Program-made: the position numbers and the translations under genes
NCBI GenBank assembly: GCA_013265495.1
Contig: MU058650.1
Coordinates: forward strand, 771,394 to 835,393
Direction: 5' to 3'
Source of the DNA: Vicugna vicugna
Lineage: Eukaryota
Length of the DNA: 64,000 nt
In this document: piece after piece, positions 38,962-50,869 of the stretch
Layout: each line of letters opens with the position of its first letter
Position numbering within the stretch: the stretch's first letter is position 1
Notes under the pieces: generated by a model
What the model saw: only the letters and a program-made list of their open reading frames with translations
Databases searched by the model: none
What the model was told of the DNA's origin: nothing

Positions 38962-39055
38962 CATATTTCCCATCATCTCTGCCTTGATAATCTTGGCTCC
39001 TAACTTGTTCTTCTCATCAATGCTCAAGAGGTGTATAGAGTCATCCACCAGACTA
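38962..39055 (-). CDS. CWF19L2: CWF19L2 coding exon (~exon 9), (G)SLVDDSIHLLSIDEKNKLGAKIIKAEMMGNM
   Basis: Donor ATG|gtaaga; acceptor within cag/aag/tag (94 nt with AAG, 97 nt with CAG); phase 2 to 0; part of ORF 38926-39108. Confidence 0.9.
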
Positions 39056-40910
39056 CTTCTGTTTGCATGGGACAGATTAAGAGAATATGAAATATATGTA
39101 CATTGCAAGTAACAATACCAAGATTCATGTTATTTTAATTGACCTTAACAAAGCATTCAGCCCAAATAGATCATGATTTTACTACACATAAATAAATAAA
39201 CCAACCAACCGCTCAACGCTCCACCACAAATCAATAGTTAAAGGTTCTCTGTTACAGTGCCATGATGGCCTGTGGCAGTTATAACATCTGACCAGAGACC
39301 CAGTAGCAGTGAGAAAAATAGTACCGGTGAACTAGTGTTCATTATTTAACGCTGCCATACTCATTCTAAAAGGGAAACAAGCAAGCAAACGTTAAAACAC
39401 TAGAATCAGGCCATAGTTCTACACAGTGGAGAAACCCTTCTCATGCGATGTGATAAATTACTGGTAATCCAAGAAACTATGACCAGGAAATCTCACTTCA
39501 TCATTCAAAGAACAAAAACAGGGACCATGTGCTCTTTTGCAAAGTCAGCCTAGAATTAGTCAGACAACATAAACTAATTTACAACTAAGATCTTGTGCCA
39601 AGCCTGTACTACGGAAGCCTCACAGAAGAGAAATTTCCAGCCAAGGTCAAATGCCTTGCATACACAGAGTTGAATACACACCTACTGCCTTAAGAAAGAT
39701 AAGAAAGTTCAGTGAGTGAGGGTGAACTCAGGCAGCGCCTGACTGAAGGACTCCCAAGTGAAGGAGACATAGTTAAGGCAGCTGGAGAGGGGAAAGGTGC
39801 CCAGTAGAAGAATCCCAGAGAAATGCGGAGTATTTTGTATTCAGCAAGAAACTACCTGCAATCAGGGAAAGAGCTATCCCAAAGGATTAGAGGAACAGTA
39901 TTCAGATTCAGCACGCCTGGGAACAGCGCCCGGTCCCACGAGCCAGACTAGGAAAGCTCGCACTTCAGGATGCACTGGGTGGAGTATTAGGAGCCTTGCT
40001 TCATTAGTGGAAAATAATAAGCCGTACACTAAGTGCTGCTCTGGGACCTCCTAACAAACAGTAAAAGCAGAAGTCGAAAGGATCCAACAGTTTCCAATTA
40101 ACGTAACCGTGTTCCAGAACAACACTCAAGAATATTTATAGGAATGCAAAAATATCCAGCACTCAACAAAGTAAAATCCATAGGATCCAATATAAGATTA
40201 TCAGACATGCAAAGATGTAGAAAAATAAAACCCACAATTAGGAGAAAAAGCTAACCATCAAAATCAACCAAGAACTCACACAGATGTAAGAAACAGACAA
40301 GGGCATTAAAAGTTATTATTAAACTTTATTCCATATGGTCGAAAAGTTAGAGACAACTAAGACATAAAATAGTTCAGAATTTAATTTCTGCAAATGAAAA
40401 TTACAATGCTTGAGATTTTAAAAAAATACACTGACTAGGATTAATGGAAGATTAGACTGCAAAGAAAAAAATTAGTTAACTTGAAGCATTAGAAACTACG
40501 CAAACTAAAACACACAGAGAAAAAAGAATTTTAAAAAATGAAAAGAGCGTCAGAGAGCTACCTTAAATAACCTACTATTCATGTCAGTGGAGTCCCTGAA
40601 AGAAATGGGAGACAGAAGAAACAAAGGCCAAAATTTACCAAATTTGTTGAATACTAAAAAACTTTCAGATCCAAGAATCCCTAATACAAAAACAAAACGA
40701 ACAAGAAAAAACTACAGCAAGTCACATCATAATCAAATTGCTCAAAGCCAGCAATAAAGAGATCTTTAGAGCAGCCATAGGGAAAGGGACAAAAAAAAAT
40801 TTATGCACATAGAAACAAAGGTAAGCATGACAGCAGATTTCTCAACAGGAAGAATACAATCAAGAAGAGAGTAGTAACATCTTTAAAGTAGTTTTAAGTT
40901 GTCAACCTAG

Positions 40911-41031
40911 GGGGAGCGTATAGCTCAAGCGGTAGAGTGCATGCTTAGCATGCATGAGGTCCTGAGTTCAATCCTCTTCTAAACATAATCACCTCACCCC
41001 CAAAACAAAAAACAAAGTGGAAAAAAAAAAA
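40911..41031 (+). mobile_element. tRNA-Ala-derived SINE (Vic-1-like) inserted in L1 ORF1
   Basis: ggggagcgtatagctcaagcggtagagtgcatgcttagcatgcatgaggtcctgagttcaatcc, A-rich tail, perfect 10-bp TSD gtcaacctag (40901-40910 and 41032-41041). Confidence 0.88.
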
Positions 41032-42452
41032 GTCAACCTAGAATTCTTTGTCAAGTGAAAATATCTTCAAAAATGAAATGAAGACTTTTTCAGACATAAA
41101 AAGCTGAAAGGATGTTAAAGAAAAGCCTTCAGACAGAAGAAAAATTATACCAGACTGAAATACGGATCAACACAAAGGAAGGAAGAGCAACAGAAGTGTT
41201 GACAAGGATAAATGTGTAATACTTGTTTATTACTTAAGTCTCTTTAAGGTAACTATTTAAACAAAAATAATGACAGCAGTTATAACAAGTATAAGGAAAC
41301 TGCATGACAACACTAATAGAAAGGGCAGGACAGGGAGAAATGTAAATAAAAGTTCTTATACCATATAGTAATGGCACATTATCACCTGAAGGTAGGTAAG
41401 TTAAAGATGTATGCTGGCAAAGCCAAAGAAACCTCTCAAAGAACAAAAACAAATACACAACAATTAAAGAAATGAAATGGAATCATAAAAATACTCCATC
41501 CAAAAGAAGTCAGATAAAGAAAAAAAGGAAAACAAAAAATAGATAAGACAAATAGAAAACAAATTTGACAGATTTTACAGATTTGAACCTAATTGTAATA
41601 TATATAAATGACCTAAACACCTAAACTAAAAGGCAGAAGTAGTCAGTTGGATACAAAAGCAAAACCTATGTACAAGAAATGCACTATGAAGACATAAATA
41701 TGTTAAACATAAAATGATAGGAAAAGATGTATTGTGTTTTAACCCTGGAAAGCTGAAGAGGCTTTTCTAATATCAAATTAGATTACAGAGCAAAAAATAT
41801 CACCAGGGTCAAAGAAAACTGTTTCATATGAAAAAGAAGTCAATCCATCAAGAGTACAAAAGGACCTCTAAATATGTATGCACCTAGTAACAGAGCATCA
41901 AAATACATAAAAACTGACAAAATTCCACAGAAAGAGGCAAATATCCAATTATAGTTGCAGATTTCAAGACCCTACTCTTGATACTTGATAGAATAAGAAA
42001 GTCAGCAAGGATATGGAAGACCTAAATAACACTAGCAACTAATATGACCTACTTGACATTCATAGAATTCTCCACCCAACAAGAGAATACACATTCTTCT
42101 CAGGTGCATAGAAAACATTTACCAAAATTCTGTTTTGACCATATCCTGAGCCATAAAACCAGTCTCAATAAATTTAAAAGGATTCAAGTCATACAATGGA
42201 AGTTCTCTGACCACAATGAAATTCAATTAGAAATCAGTAACAAAAGCATCTGCAAAACTCAACTATTTGGAAACTAACTAGCATACCTGTAAAAAAATCC
42301 AAGGGTCAAGAACAAAATCAAAGAGAAATTTATAAGTATTTTGAACTGAATAAAAATTATATAAACCTATCAGGATTTGTGGGATGCTGCTAGAGGATTA
42401 CTTAGGGATAAATTTATAATATTAAATATTTATATTAGAAAAGAAAAAAAAA

Positions 42453-42506
42453 GTACACCAGAAATTGACACACTGTAAACTGACTATACTTCAACTTAAA
42501 AAAAAA
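42453..42506 (+). mobile_element. Tiny young L1 3' tip nested in the older L1
   Basis: gtacaccagaaattgacacactgtaaactgactatacttcaacttaaaaaaaaa closely matches the reverse complement of the L1 tip at ~2161-2208. Confidence 0.7.
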
Positions 42507-45233
42507 CCCCTCAAATCAATGATCTCAGCTCACAACTTACGAAAGTAGAAAAAGAGCAAATCAAATCCAAAGTAAGCAGAATATAAGAAGTAATAAAAAT
42601 CAGAGTGGAAATAAATAAAAACCAAAAGCAAAAACAATAAAGACAATTCAATGAAACCAAAAGCTGGTTAAGACAATCAATAAACTGATAAACTTCTAGC
42701 CTGATTGATTAGGAGGGGAAAAAGATACAAATTACCAACAAAGAAAGGAGAGAAACAAAATGACCACCCATTCTAAGCACTTTACAAAAAAATTATCTGG
42801 ATGGCAAATAAACACGTGAAGAGATGCTCAACATCAACTAGGGGAACACATATTAAAATCACAATGAGATAGTTACACATTAACTAGAACAGTGAAAATT
42901 AAAAAGACTGACTATTCCAAGTTTCTGCAAAAAATGTAGAGTAATTAGAATCTCATACATTGCTGGTAGCAATGTAAAATGATACAGCCACTTGGTAAAG
43001 TAGGCAGTTCCTTAAAATTTAAACACATACTTACCATATGACCTAGCCATTCCTGTCTTAGGTATTTACCCAAGAGAAAAGTGTAGGTTCCTACTAAGAC
43101 TTGCACATGAACGTTCAAAGCTTCATTTATGGGAGCCCAAAACTAAGAACATTCTAATGTCCACCAACAGGCAAATGGGAAATAGAACTGTGGTATATCT
43201 AACAATGGCATACTACCCATCAACAAAAAGGAACAGGTAATTGTTATATGCAGCAACATGGATGAAATTCAAAATAATGATGCTAAATGAAAGAAGCCAG
43301 ACACCCCCCTCAAAGAGTGTATAATGCATGATTCCACTTCTGTAAAACCCGCAAAAATGCAAACCAGCCTATAATGGGAAAAAAAAAAAAAAAGATGAGT
43401 GGTTGTCTAGTGCGGGTTGCCAGGGTGTGGGAAGAGGCAGGAGAGAGAATTATTAAAGGGTACTGGGAAACTTTTGGGGGTGATGGTTTCATGAGAATAT
43501 ATACATTTTAAAACTTACTACACTGGACACTTTATATACATATGCAGTTTGTTATATGTAAATTATACCTCAATAAATTGTTGCTTTTAAAAACTCTCAA
43601 AGGAAAGTGATAAAAAAATTTTAAGTGGAAAAAAAATCTATCACAATCCCAAATATTAAAGATATAATATTACTAATTTTCCTTAATATCTAGATTTTAT
43701 CATACTCTACTGAAATTAACCTGAGTTTTCAACATACATTCTGAGCAAGCAATAGCAAAAGATAAACAGAGATCCAAATCAAAACTTTAATAACCATATA
43801 TGGAAACTATTTTTAAATACTAAATTCTTTTGGGACAAAAAAAAAAGAAAAAGAAAAATGTTAATAGACAGCATTTGAGTTTTTTTAAAAAGACATTAAT
43901 CTCTGCAGGAATTCCAAAAGAACCATTTCTACTCATATTGGTGAAAGGAAAGGCAATACTCTGGTGCTTGGTCTAAAAAACCTAAAATATGCAGGTAAAG
44001 CAGCATTAGAAAAACACATTTTTGCTCCCTTCAAATTCTTTCAGTCTACATTTTTAAAACCAAGCTAGTGGGGACACTTGCCTTCATGTAAGCAGAAGAA
44101 CACTGTTACTTTTTATGTTTCTATTGGTCATTACTTTGCATGTGCTCTATTTTCTGCATGGAAAACACTTTTCAGTAAACTTTTTCAAGTTATACTCTGA
44201 GATACACATCATATTGATTATATTGTAATTTATTTGAGTTTCAGGCAACCCAATCATATTTCAATACATTCTTCAATAAACATGAGATGAATAGCAGAAA
44301 GAATTTGTCAAAGTCATCTGATTTAAGTTCCAAGGAACATCCCTGATCCAAAAACAATCTCCCCCCCTCATTATGTCACTTCTTGTCACATCAGACCAGA
44401 TTTTTTTTCAAATTTGAATGAGTAAAAGAAACATTGTTTCTCTAACTTTCAGTTTCTAAGGATGACTTGGAAACATGTGCATATGGTGTAATTTTATCCC
44501 AAAGTTTCACTAATATTTTTTGGTTAAAAATAAAATAAGCTTATACCAGTAAGTCATAACAATGAGAGGATATTTCAATTTTATGAGCTGTGTGTGAATC
44601 AAACTGCTACATCACTCTTGGTGTGTGTGGTCCATATACAGACGAAAAGGAACACTAATATTCTGGGGATCATATGTTGAAAAATACTGACTTAAGTCAT
44701 CAAAAAAGAATTCCTGTAATTTCTCCCATCACCACATCTGTAGCCACACTTTCCTCTTCTTGAACATTTCCACTCAAGGCTAATTCTAGATCATACATTC
44801 ATCTGCACTAACCTTAAGATCCAGCTCAATTACCCCATCTATCACCACTCTGTATGTTTAGCTTCTTTCCCACTAAAATATAAACATACTCATATCTGCT
44901 CCTTAAAAATAAATGGGAGAGAATGAGAGAGGCACTTAACCCATGTCTTTCACGTGTACTTTCCATCTCTACCACCTCACAGCCCACAGTCATAATTTGG
45001 TCTATGACATCTGGCTTAGAAATCCTTTTATAATGATAATATTCTTGATTAAATTGCCTAAGACCTCTATTACTGTTTATCCAAAGGCACATCTTTGTCA
45101 TTTGACTTGACTCTTCCCTTTTTTTGAGAAATGTTCCTTTTCCCTTCTTTTTTCAGTATGCAAGCTTAAAAAGAATCAAGAGAGGGCAATCACAAAGGGA
45201 AATCCAAAGCTCACAAGTTTCAAGAAGGTAACT

Positions 45234-45284
45234 GAATCTCAAGAGACTCTCTGGAATCTCAAGAGACCCTCTGGAATCTCAAGA
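45234..45284. repeat. 20-bp tandem repeat, about 2.5 copies (gaatctcaagagacYctctg)
   Basis: Read directly: gaatctcaagagactctctg gaatctcaagagaccctctg gaatctcaaga. Confidence 0.9.
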
Positions 45285-45828
45285 ATCTCTCTCCTTTAAA
45301 AGAGGCAATTTACATGGTCATGAAATTCATACTCCACACTTTTTTTTTTTTTTTTTGGTGAAGAGAGGGTATTTTCTAACAGGAATTAAACTGTTTATCA
45401 GTATACGGAAAATGGATCAGGATAAATGAGATGATATACAAGAATTCTGAACATCTCTGATATTTTGAGTAGTAACAGGTACTCCAATACACTTAACAGA
45501 ACAGCAGTAGGTATCAAATAAAGGCATTAAAATGAAAGCTGCTGTGCACCAATGACAGAACACACTATTCATTGTGTTAATACCACAGCAGACACTGCTC
45601 TGCAACTCACAGCAAGAGACAGACTCTTTTCTTACTTTCCCTAAGCATTTATGATGAGCAGATGCTCTACAAGAAACATCACCATGACATCTGCAATTAT
45701 CCTATAAAAAGAAAAAAGTGTAAGCATTTCTCACTTTCCAGGATCAATGCTGTATTTCAAAAGCCCTCTTCATAATTATTTTCTAAAAAGCAAATCCTAT
45801 TTTCCCATTAAAATGTACTTTCTTTACA

Positions 45829-45858
45829 GCGCACGTGCGCACACACACACACACACAC
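45829..45858. repeat. (CA)n microsatellite preceded by the palindrome gcgcacgtgcgc
   Basis: Read directly; 30 bp of alternating purine-pyrimidine. Confidence 0.9.
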
Positions 45859-47027
45859 AAACATAAACTGGCTAAAAACTTTTTAGGAAAAAGTAATTAA
45901 AAAAGCTACAGCCCAATGACATTTCAAACACCCTGAGTACATTACAATTATTCTTATCCCTTTAATTGTTCTTTTCTTACCACTTGTTTCCAAATTTTCT
46001 CCCCTAAGGATCTCGTGACTATACTTAAAACCTTCAGAACCTGTTATCCTTCTCCCGTCCTTCTAGGCTACCACAGCAAACTATGCCAAGACTGACATCC
46101 AAAGATTAAATATTATATAAGATGGGTAAGTTTCTGATATTAAGTGTATACAATCTAAATTAAGGACATCACATTAGTTTTTGTTCATATTAAACACTAT
46201 TCTAAGTTTCAAACTCTTGAAAAAATATAACTAATATATTTTCCAGCAAAACAAAATTATATACAAACACATTTTATTTCTAAGAATAAAAAGCTTCAAG
46301 TTCTTAATTACACAGGCCACTATTAGAGGATGTTTTCCAGCTACTTAAGGGTCTAAAAAAGGACAAAGGAAAAGAATAAATCTGATCACAAAAAGAATGA
46401 ATGAAAGAACAGATGAAAAAAGAAAAGTAAAGAAAGAAAAGAGCAAATCTAAAAATGATGAAAAAAATATATATAATCACAGGACAACTACAAAAGCACT
46501 CACAAAAAACTCAAAAAGTAAACAAAACATTTGACTAGTTAACAAAAATAAAATTAAAATAAGCAACATTTATAAAAAATATGCCAAACTTCACCCATAA
46601 TTAAATAAATGCAAATCAAAGAAAGCTTCTATTTCTCAACTATGTATCTATGGCAAAGATTAAAAGCTCAATAAAACTATAGGCAATGAAGATAAAAGTC
46701 TTTTTCACACATGATGTGGTAAGTGTAAACTGGTTAATATAACAAAATATATAAATGTTTCCCCTCTTTGGAATTTATTTTACAGCTATATTTAGTAGTG
46801 TGCAAAATGTACATACAAAACTATTCACTGTAGCATTATTTAAAGCAATAAACTAAAAACTACTTAAAGTCCATCAATAGGAAACTGATGAGAAACACTA
46901 GCTTATGTCTAAGTTTTGTAACAGAATATTAAAGAGACATTAAAATGAAAAAAAGCACATACATATAGGCCGACATGAAAGATCTTTAAGATATATTGAT
47001 TGGAAAAAAACAGGATTAAGGATAGTA

Positions 47028-47456
47028 CGGTCAGCCATTGGTACGTTCCAGGACCCAATGAAGACACCAAAACCTCCAGATGCACAAGTCCTTCATAATA
47101 AAAACGGCAGTCAGTCCTTTGGTATCTGTGGAATCCCTATTCTTGGATTCAACCAACCACAAACTAAAAATATTTAGGAAAAAAAATCCAGAAAGTTCCA
47201 AAAACCAAAGTTGAATTTGCCATGAGCTGGTAACTATTTACACAGCATTTACATGGTATCTACAACTATCTACATGGTATTTACATTGTACTGGGTATTA
47301 TAAGTAACCTATGGGTGATTTAAAGTATATGGGAGAATGTGTATAGGTTATATGTAAATGCTACGCCTTTTTATACAAGGGGCTTGAGCATCTGTGGATT
47401 TGGGTATCTGGTGGGGTCCTGGAACCAATCTCCTGGTGGGTATCAAGAGATGACTG
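47028..47456 (+). mobile_element. MER2/Tigger3-family MITE (long form)
   Basis: TA-flanked; ggattcaaccaaccac, cagaaagttccaaaaaccaaagttgaatttgc, ggggcttgagcatctgtggatttgggtatct...gatgactg+TA. Confidence 0.8.
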
Positions 47457-47524
47457 TAATTATAGTATATATTTAACTTCTTGTAAAAAGGTCACAGACC
47501 CAGGAAATGGCCAAGTGTTACATA

Positions 47525-47657
47525 CAATTACCAGATAAAGCACATGACACCCAGTTAAATTTGAATTTCAGATAATAATAAATTTTGTTTTAGTTTAAGT
47601 ACATCCAAATATTGCAAGCGACTTACTTTTTTTTATTTGCTAAATCTGACAACCCTA
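47525..47657. mobile_element. MER53-like hAT MITE
   Basis: ccagataaagcacatgacacccagttaaatttgaatttcagataa...tttgctaaatctgacaacccta. Confidence 0.65.
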
Positions 47658-49594
47658 GTTATGTAACACTATGCAAGTCACAACCTCAGTTGCCTCAGTT
47701 TCCATATCTGGAAAATGCAGAGGTCAGTTTATGATTTCTTCTAGTTCTAAAATCAGTCCTATGATTTTTTTTTCCAGTTCTAAATTCATCGGTTCTAAGC
47801 GCCCTAGAATTCTGGCATTTTATAAAGACTTCTACATACACCCAGGATAATGTTCAGACAAATTAAGTTTCTAACAGCCCTTTACTGAGACCTTTCCCCC
47901 GACTGAAACTGGCATTCTTCAAGGTCCTGCCCTTCGGCTCTTACTTTATACCACTCTACGTGCTAAGGAATTCTTTTTTGTTTCACGCATACGTGGATGA
48001 TTTCTAGATTGCCCTTTCCCTCTCCAATCAATCATAAAATTCATGGAGAGCCTCAAAACATCTATAACATTAACATTAACACAATTAACAAAGAATACTG
48101 TGTTCAGACCAAAACAATAAAGCTTTTCGTGAGTGCCTGTATTACAATTATCTACCAGAAGCTTACAATACATACAAACAACATACAAGCAACATACAAA
48201 CATGAAGCAGTTACAGAACCAGAAGGAAAACTAACAGTGTAAGACGGCTTACATATTCTGCTTAGTTGCAGTCACAAAAGTCAAGACCAACAGGTCACCC
48301 AAGCGTTAAGCCAGCTCTAATTATATCAGGAAATAAGAGCCGCATCCCACTAGCAAATGGTGACTGAAAGTCTACCTTCCAGAGTACCTGGAGGGAAGCC
48401 TGGACGATTATAGATACAGCCTTAGACACTCTCTAATCCCTGCCATGTCTATCCAGTCAATACAACTGGACTTCTCCTTTGGTTTCTTGGGAGCAAAGCC
48501 CTGACTTGAACCAGAGCCCGTTTGACTAGGCTTCCCATTATTCAGTTCAGATTTTGCTATCTTCCCCTCCCCACTGAAAGCTATGCACTGCGTGCTATAA
48601 TCCACAGCTTCAGATGCAGTCACTAACAGAAGTGACTTACCAGACTCATGACCCCAGACCACAATGCTTATACCTACCACGACCACTAAAAATTCTATTA
48701 CTTGCTAAAACCTGTTCCTTTAGTGTCTCATTCATTTGGTGGTATTTATAACATATTTTAATGATCATTCAAGCATAAGTTAGTCATTATCCTTTGACAC
48801 ATTTTCTGTTTATGGTTACCTCAAACAGGGCTAGCCCTATGGCGAAACCAAGTTTTCCTAGGTTTGATCGCACTCAGCCTGGGTTTCCTGGCCTACTGAG
48901 CCAGCCTGTACGTAAGTGCTACCGGTACAAGAACAAACCAGTAAGTGCTGCCTATTTTCCTAAGTATTATAGGTACAACCACTGTCCTATCTATATTTTG
49001 CTTTCAAAACTCTGACATTAGCTTTAAAACCGGTCATTTGTCAAAGTGGATTATTTCTTTCTCTGCAAATCAACCCACCAAAACTCATGCTTCCCTCTTG
49101 CAGGATCTTGCACTTATCTTTTTCACTTCATTGGGGCTATGCCAACACATTTTCCTTCAGCCTGCCAGACCTCCAGTAGACATGCAATGTTTATAATTAT
49201 TATTATGCTTAACAATGCAGCAAGTTCCTTTGAAAGTAACATGGCAGCAGTAACAAAATCTACCAAAATATTTCCTATAGTATACCCATTTAAAAGAATT
49301 ATTAACTCATTTAGTTTTTCAGATTGCAAAAAAGCAACAAATTCTGAAGAAGTGTAACTACTGAATTCTTCTTCCAGATCTTTTTGTTAAATAAACTGTA
49401 AAATGAAACGCAATCCATGAAATGAAACTAGCAAAGTGTTCAATGTGCATATCTTATCTCCTCCAAATTTAAGAAACAGAAAATCATAACTCACATCTAA
49501 TTAGTAATTGATGGTCTAAAAATACAGTTCAATTTCTTGAATCCTCTGGACTTTAATACTCATTTATCAGTTTAAAAAACAAATGACAAAATAC

Positions 49595-50256
49595 CCAGCA
49601 AGTGAAGACTCTGTGTCCTGTAGGTGTTCTTTTTTCAGGGAGTCATCTCTCAAGCTTTCAGCCTGTGATTCTTCTCTCACATCTTCTGAAACATGTCCAC
49701 GTTCAACATCACGACTCATGTCTAATTGTTTTCGATCTGGATGTTTCCTGTCTCTTTCTCTCCCATCAGATCCACTCCACGATGATAAACTTTCTTCACT
49801 GCTCTCTGTAGGTTTTCGAAAACCACAATGCACAGAATTCTGAGCAACCAGGGCTGAAGATGAACTAGACAGTTCAAAGTTCTTGCTCTTGCTATGAAAT
49901 GATAGCTCTTCATCATCAGAGGGTCTTAAGAATTTTGGTCTCAGATTTCCAAGAGAAGAAAACTCCTGCTTTTGCCTTGGATTGGATTCTTTTCTATATG
50001 TTTCTAAAAACCCAGACCTATTATCTTTTTCAGCGTCACTAAACCTATCTTTATTGACATTATTTGCAGTATCTGTTACACTGTATCTATCTCGTGAACT
50101 TTTATTATATTTTATCAAGTCTGATTTTCTACTTTCTTGACTGCTTTGTGTTCTTTCTGAGCACGTTGGTTTCCTCCACCGTTCTCGTCTACAATCTTCT
50201 TTCGTAAATGCAGTTTTTTCAGCTTCTTTTAATTTCAACTGAAATGCTTCCATTGA
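49595..50256 (-). CDS. CWF19L2: CWF19L2 large low-complexity charged exon (~exon 8), SMEAFQLKLKEAEK...DTESSLAG
   Basis: ttttctcctttgtag|TCAATG...GCTGG|gtattt; 662 nt, phase 0 to 2; corresponds to ORF 49567-50253 with motifs RRERWRKP and KFLRPSDDEELSFHSK. Confidence 0.95.
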
Positions 50257-50395
50257 CTACAAAGGAGAAAAATTAAACAGGATATTTAAAATTAAAAATG
50301 GCTCAGTGGGTTGCACCCCACATGCCACTGTCATGTGGCAAAATGAAAGAAAAACTCAACAAAGGGGAATAAAAGACCCGCATAATCATCCTACC

Positions 50396-50797
50396 TGATA
50401 CAGGCTGAAATATGTGCCCCCCTCAAATTCGTATGTTGAACCTCTAACCCCCAGTACCTCAGAATGTGACCATATTTGCAGACAGGATCTTTAAAGAGGT
50501 GATTACGTTAAAATGAGGTCATTAGGTTGGACCGTAATCCAATCTAACTGAAGTTCTTGTAAGAAAAAGAAATTCGGACTCACAAAGAGGTCTGAGGAAA
50601 ACAGAGAAAAGACTGTGTGAGGACAGAGCAGGAAGGCAGTCACTTATGAATCAAGAAGAGAGGCCCCTCAGGAAACCAAATCTGCTAACATCTTGATCTT
50701 GGACTTGCATTATCCTGAACTATGAGAAATAAATTTCTGTCACTTAGGCCACCCAGCCGGTGGAGCTGTGCTATGGCAGCCCTAGCAAGGAAAAACA
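50396..50797 (+). mobile_element. MaLR solo LTR (MLT1A/B-like)
   Basis: TG...CA ends, 5-bp TSD ctacc/ctgcc; aaattcgtatgttgaacctctaacccccagtacctcagaatgtgac, ttgatcttggactt, gagaaataaatttctgt. Confidence 0.88.
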
Positions 50798-50869
50798 CTG
50801 CCTTAAGATGAGTATTTCAAAAAACATATGAATAATCAATGCAAAATTACTGAACAGTAGAAAAAATTC

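Larger units (their letters stand above)
39780..43585 (+). mobile_element. Old L1 (L1MC/L1MD-like): 5' region, decayed ORF1, ORF2 endonuclease, large internal deletion, 3' end
   Basis: ORF1-like (cacatcataatcaaattgctcaaa, gacagcagatttctca), EN-like (atgtatgcacctagtaacagagcatcaaaatacat, gaccatatcctgagccataaaacc), then a jump near 42790 to the 3' end, finishing aattatacctcaataaa. Confidence 0.85.
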
